From positions 24,800,001 through 24,864,000 of the forward strand of contig OX597828.1 in NCBI GenBank assembly GCA_951406725.2: a stretch of 64,000 nt of DNA, in the 5' to 3' direction. Below the pieces are notes generated by a model. The model was not told the DNA's origin. It saw nothing but the letters and a program-made list of their open reading frames with translations, and did not search any database. Shown here in pieces: positions 59,019 through 64,000 of this stretch. This DNA is from Octopus vulgaris. Lineage: Eukaryota. Numbering within the stretch: the stretch's first letter is position 1; each line of letters begins with the position of its first letter. Made by a program: the position numbers and the translations under genes.

Positions 59019-60370
59019 AATATACATTATGAAAGCGTCTAAAAAATCAAAGTCGAGATGCACGAAATATCCACCCACGCTTTTCTTTTTCACATTAAAT
59101 TCTAACACAGTAATAATCAACACCATCTGTAAGGTTTTTGTAGAGAATTTCATTTAAAAATATCTATCATACGTGAATAAAAAATATCCATTATAAGGAA
59201 ATAATATTGGTGAAGAATACTTCTGTAATAATACCGAAATTTAAAAAGAGTGCAATGAAAAAGAAATTAGATTTATGAATGAGTCGCGAAGTTGAAAACT
59301 ACAAAAATAAAAGCAACTTCAAAATCACATCTTGATAAAAACAATATATTAAAATTGGAAATTATGACAATTTTCTAGACAGTGTACACTTTAATAATTG
59401 TTTTTTTAGTAAACGTTATATTTTCTAAATTAATAATCAGCTTTATTCATTATAGTATATTTGTACATACACACACACATATGAGCATACATACACACAT
59501 GTATACACACTCTCACACACACATACATATACATATGCATGTATGTATAATATGTGTGTGCTTGAGTATGTATGTCTACACAGACTTGAGTACAGACATA
59601 TATTCCATGCATAGTTACCTTGGATAAGGAAATGGTTGCCTCTCGATTTCAGCGATGAATTGTCATTTATTCGATCAACTCGTATTTGTACATTAAAAAC
59701 ATGCACTATCGGTGTCATCTTCAATTAGAACAAATGCTGAGAAGGCTGTTCCATTAAGTTACATACACAGTCCATCAGAGGGGACTCCATGCCTTTCCCC
59801 TCAACTTAATATTACTCACAACTACTGGCTTGACCCCACTAAGGCTATGAAAAATGACACTTGCCGCCTCGTGAAGCCGTGCAGCCGATTCGAACCTGGA
59901 ATGTCATGTGTACAGTGTGAAGCAAACTGGCTTATAATTCGTCCATACTGCAACGTATGCCTATGTGTGTACGTGATATGTGTGTGGTGGGGGTGTACGT
60001 ATGTATGTATGCATCTTTGTATAGATAAAAGCATACATATATGTGTATATTGTATATAACAATATATGTACGTGTACGCGTGTGTGTGTGAGAGTATATA
60101 TAAATATGTATACATATATGCATGATTATATATATACGTGTATGTATCTGTGTGTGTATGTGTATCTGTGTAAACATATATATATACATATATATACATA
60201 TACATATATATGCATGCATATATATACATATATATACGTGTATGTATGTGTATGTGTATATATATGCATATATATATATACACACACATATATATATATA
60301 TACATGTATATATACATATATACTTATGTGTATACATATATATGCATATATTTATATATATGCACATATT

Positions 60371-60423
<53 letters not shown>

Positions 60424-62218
60424 GCAAGAGTATACTTTGAATTTTGAATTATTTCTGCGTTGTATACTTGTCAATTACCAAAATGTTTTTCTTTTTTTTT
60501 TAAGATTCAATTCAAGTAACCGTCTGTTAAAAGTAAAAGTAATCACTAGCACTATAAAACGCAGACAGTTACAACACCTTCAATACTCTCAAGTCTTTTA
60601 AAATTTTTCTGGTCACTAGAAACTCTCGTTTCTTTCGTTTCATATTAGCGCAACAAAGACCTGTCACTCACTCTTTTGAAAATTTAAATCCTTTGTCGTT
60701 TTTCTTTTTAAGACATAGAAATGCGCTCAGGCATCGCAGAAATTAAAACCATGACGTGTCTGTGTCTGTGTTTTAAATATTCTCAGGAGAATGTTCAGCA
60801 ATAGTTTTCGGCCATACTCTCTAACTCTACGTATCAGATGATAAAAAATATGAATTGAAGCTAGCATTTTACCCTTGTCATAAACGTGTTTGTATACAAT
60901 ATTCTCCCGGTGTTTCAACATGTTAATCCGAATAGTTCTAAGCTTGTTGAGTAGCGCCTCATTGCGACCGTTGTGAGCTTACAATGAGTCAATAAATGTC
61001 AAGGGGGTGTCATGAGAGGCACTGGGTTTTTATAGGAAGTCAGGATCTTTTCAGTTTGAAGGCCAGATTTTCCTAGTTAACTAAACAATTTGAAACTTCG
61101 TATACTGGTAGAATGTGTCAAAAGAAAACATAATTGTAAACCAAAATGAAAACGGAATTGTAATTTCTAAGTTTAACGTTGTTTAATAATTCGAATTTTA
61201 ACCAATGATATTCTTTCTTTCGGCCTCATATTATTTACTGCCTCTCAAAATATTGTTGCTGTGACGAAAACAGCTATTTTGTGACGTAGTTAACGGAAAC
61301 ATGTAAACAGGCCTACAGATTCGTTTGTAACGTAAACATCCGCTCATCGTAAATAGCTAAATTCGCTTGACATCGTACACAGCTTTTTCAATTCCCTAGA
61401 ATTATATTTGAAAGAAAATAAAAATAAAAAGATTCACACGCATAAATATCCATCCTTAGAAATCAGAAAATGAGTGTTTAAATTATTTTCCATTGTTTGC
61501 ATTGCTTAACACACACACACACATACATACATACACACATACTAAAATTACATCGTTGGAGCAGTAATTTATTTATGTATTTTTTGTTATACAATTTATT
61601 TTAAAGCTGAATCCCTATCCTGCCATTAACCCCTTTCTTATAAAATAGTTGAAGAATCTGGGGTGTAGGTATTGGGCCAGTATTGGAACGTTTAACTTCT
61701 TGCTCTCTATCTTATGATCTCCGAAATTTAAGAATCTTGTGTTAACTGGGCTCTTATTTTTTACTCTGACTCTGCCACCACCTCAATGCAAAGACTATCA
61801 ATATCAGAATCATCTTCACAACCACCACCACAACCATTACTACAACCTCCAATGCCACCACCACAACCCCAAGACCAATACCAGCATCATATTCAAAATC
61901 ACCAATTTCACCACCACTACACTCTGCAATGTCTTCAACACTACCATCCATGAGACATCCTAACATAATTAATGCTACTACTACTATCATCATCATCATT
62001 ATCATTATCATCCACTGTCGCCGCCACCACCACCACCTCTACAAAAACACCAACACTATAATTGCTGCCATCATACACATCCACTGTCACCACTACACCA
62101 CCACCACCACCGCTGCCATGATAACCACATCTACCACCTCCAACACCATTGCCACCACTATCTATGAGACATCCTAAGTTAGATACTACTTTCACTTTCT
62201 AGTTGCTCTTTGAGTTTA

Positions 62219-62475
62219 TCTTTATATATAAAAGAGAGGTTGTGTATCTGTCTCCTACGATTTAGATTCCTAACTACTCCCACATTTTGCAGTGCAGTTT
62301 AACCAAAACCGGGTATCTTATAGTTGTATTAGCGCACGTCTACGATGAGTTTACGATTAAAAAAAAAATTACCATAATTTTTTCCGCATTTTTAATGCAT
62401 TTTCGCTCGGTTTATATAAGGGAAGTAACTCTCTAAAATATATAATTAAATCTCAGAATGTAAAAAGCTACATAG
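62219..62475 (+). mobile_element. Probable Helitron 5' fragment
   Basis: Starts A|TCTTTATATATAAAA..TGTGTATCTGTCT like 23602; no CTAG end seen. Confidence 0.45.
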
Positions 62476-62527
62476 ATATATATACGATTTATTTGTTACA
62501 GTTCCTGTCTACGAAATCCATATATAT

Positions 62528-64000
62528 TGTTGTTGGCATCCTTTTTGTCTCGGGAGACAATGGAGTTGCGCATAAAATAATCTAGTCCGGCTTTTACATT
62601 TCATGTCCTAATACATCTCTTGCTGTGGCTGTGTAGTCCTATCCGGGACAAACACTCCCTCTGGCAGGTGCCGTAAATGTAGCGAAGACTTTGCCTGACT
62701 GGTTGTAATGTCATAGTTTCTTGTTGACGTATTTTCTTGTCTTTCCATTTCTCCTTTCTTACTATGTCACTCCTTTGTGTTCCCTCTTTTACGGTACGTC
62801 GCCAATCTCCACGGTTGCTGGCAACTGCTTCCCAGTTGGTAATATTGATGTTGCAGGCACTCATGTCCCTTTTGCAAACATCCTTGTATCGTAAGAACAG
62901 TCTTCCCACAGACCTAGTGCCCCTAGCAAGCTCTCCGTTGAGTATGTCCTTGGGGATTCTGCCATCTTCCATACGGCTAACATGTCCAAGCCATCTCATA
63001 CGTCTTTGTGTGAAGAGTGCAAACATGCTTGGTATTCCTGCTTGCTTGAGGACATCTTTGTTAGGGACATGATTCTGCCATTTGATGCGATGGATTTTCC
63101 GGAGACAGCGCAGGTGAAAGATATTTAGGCGACGTATGGCGTCGTATGGCGTGTGTATGGCGTCAAAGTCATACAGTAGAGTGCTAAGTACACATGCCTG
63201 GTAAATCTTCATTTTTGTGGTCTTGGTCAGCTTATTGTTGTCCCATGCGCGTTTGGTGAGTTGGGCCATCACAGCAGCTGCCTTGCCAATGCGTATATTG
63301 AGCTCAGCATCAAGGGATAGGTTGTAGGTGACGGTAGAGCCAAGATAGGTAAACTTCTCCACCTCCTATACTCTGTGGTCTCCAATATGTATGTTTGGGA
63401 TGTCCGATGTAGCCTGACCCATGATGTTGATCTTCTTGAGGCTGATAACTAAGCCAAAGTTGCCAAATGCTTGCTCAAAACAGTTGCTGAGCCTTCGTAG
63501 GGCTTCTTCTGTGTGTGATACCAGAGCGGCATCATCAGCAAATAACATCTCCTTGATCAGGACGCTTCAGAGATTTTGGTCTTGGCACGCAGACGCGAGA
63601 GATTGAACAGTTTCCCATCACTTCTACTGTGCAGAAACACTCCATCATCTGATGTCTCAAAGGCATGTGACAGCAGCAGCGAGAAGATGCCAAATAATGT
63701 AGGAGCAAGGACACAACCTTGCTCTACCCCATTTTTTATTTGGAAGGCGGCTGATGTTGAACCATTGTGCTGTATGGTGCCTTGCATATTAGCATGGAAT
63801 GATTTGATGATCCTCAACAGCTTTGGTGAACATCCGATTTTTTGGAGCAGGATGAAGAGGCCTTTTCTACTTACCAAGTCAAAGCCCTTTGTCAGATCAA
63901 TGAAGGCCATATATAATGGCATGTTCTGCTCTCTGGACTTCTGAAGTTGGCGTATGGAGAATATCATGTCAATAGTTGATCTGCTTCTTCTAAAGCCACA
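62528..64000 (-). mobile_element. RTE-clade LINE pseudogene, continues beyond the window
   Basis: MIFSIRQLQ, AFIDLTKGFD, QGCVLAPTLF, LFADD, FTYLGS, RWLGHV, terminal CQRECLSRIGLHSH; frameshifts and stops; short (CAA)n tail. Confidence 0.92.

Noticed and set aside
61810-62190. His/Thr-rich ORFs with a duplicated ATGAGACATCCTAA block
   Set aside because: Degenerate (CAC/CAT)n low-complexity sequence with a local duplication

Overview
AT-rich, very microsatellite-dense eukaryotic DNA; the repeat families suggest an octopus or other coleoid mollusc (inference). The only host coding sequence I can support is a minus-strand first coding exon (50105-50566) of a PC1/3-like proprotein convertase. It has an unusual Thr/Ser-rich, polybasic N-terminal extension, and no second exon was recognised in the ~50 kb downstream. 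The rest is simple repeats and mobile DNA: R4/Dong-like RLE LINE ends in (TAA)n, CR1-group and RTE LINE pseudogenes, a Penelope-like (GIY-YIG) remnant split by a pogo-like element, a dead DD37E Tc1, Helitrons, mariner MITEs and many modular tRNA-derived SINEs. The most notable signal is about 16 type I hammerhead-ribozyme motifs from many unrelated families, nearly all beside (TA)n and each with a palindromic stem III. Two of them lie in a non-coding, structured ~351-nt retrozyme/mini-Penelope-like element present in two diverged copies with compensatory base changes. About ten local inverted duplications also occur. All coordinates and structures were read by eye; no ribozyme activity is demonstrated.
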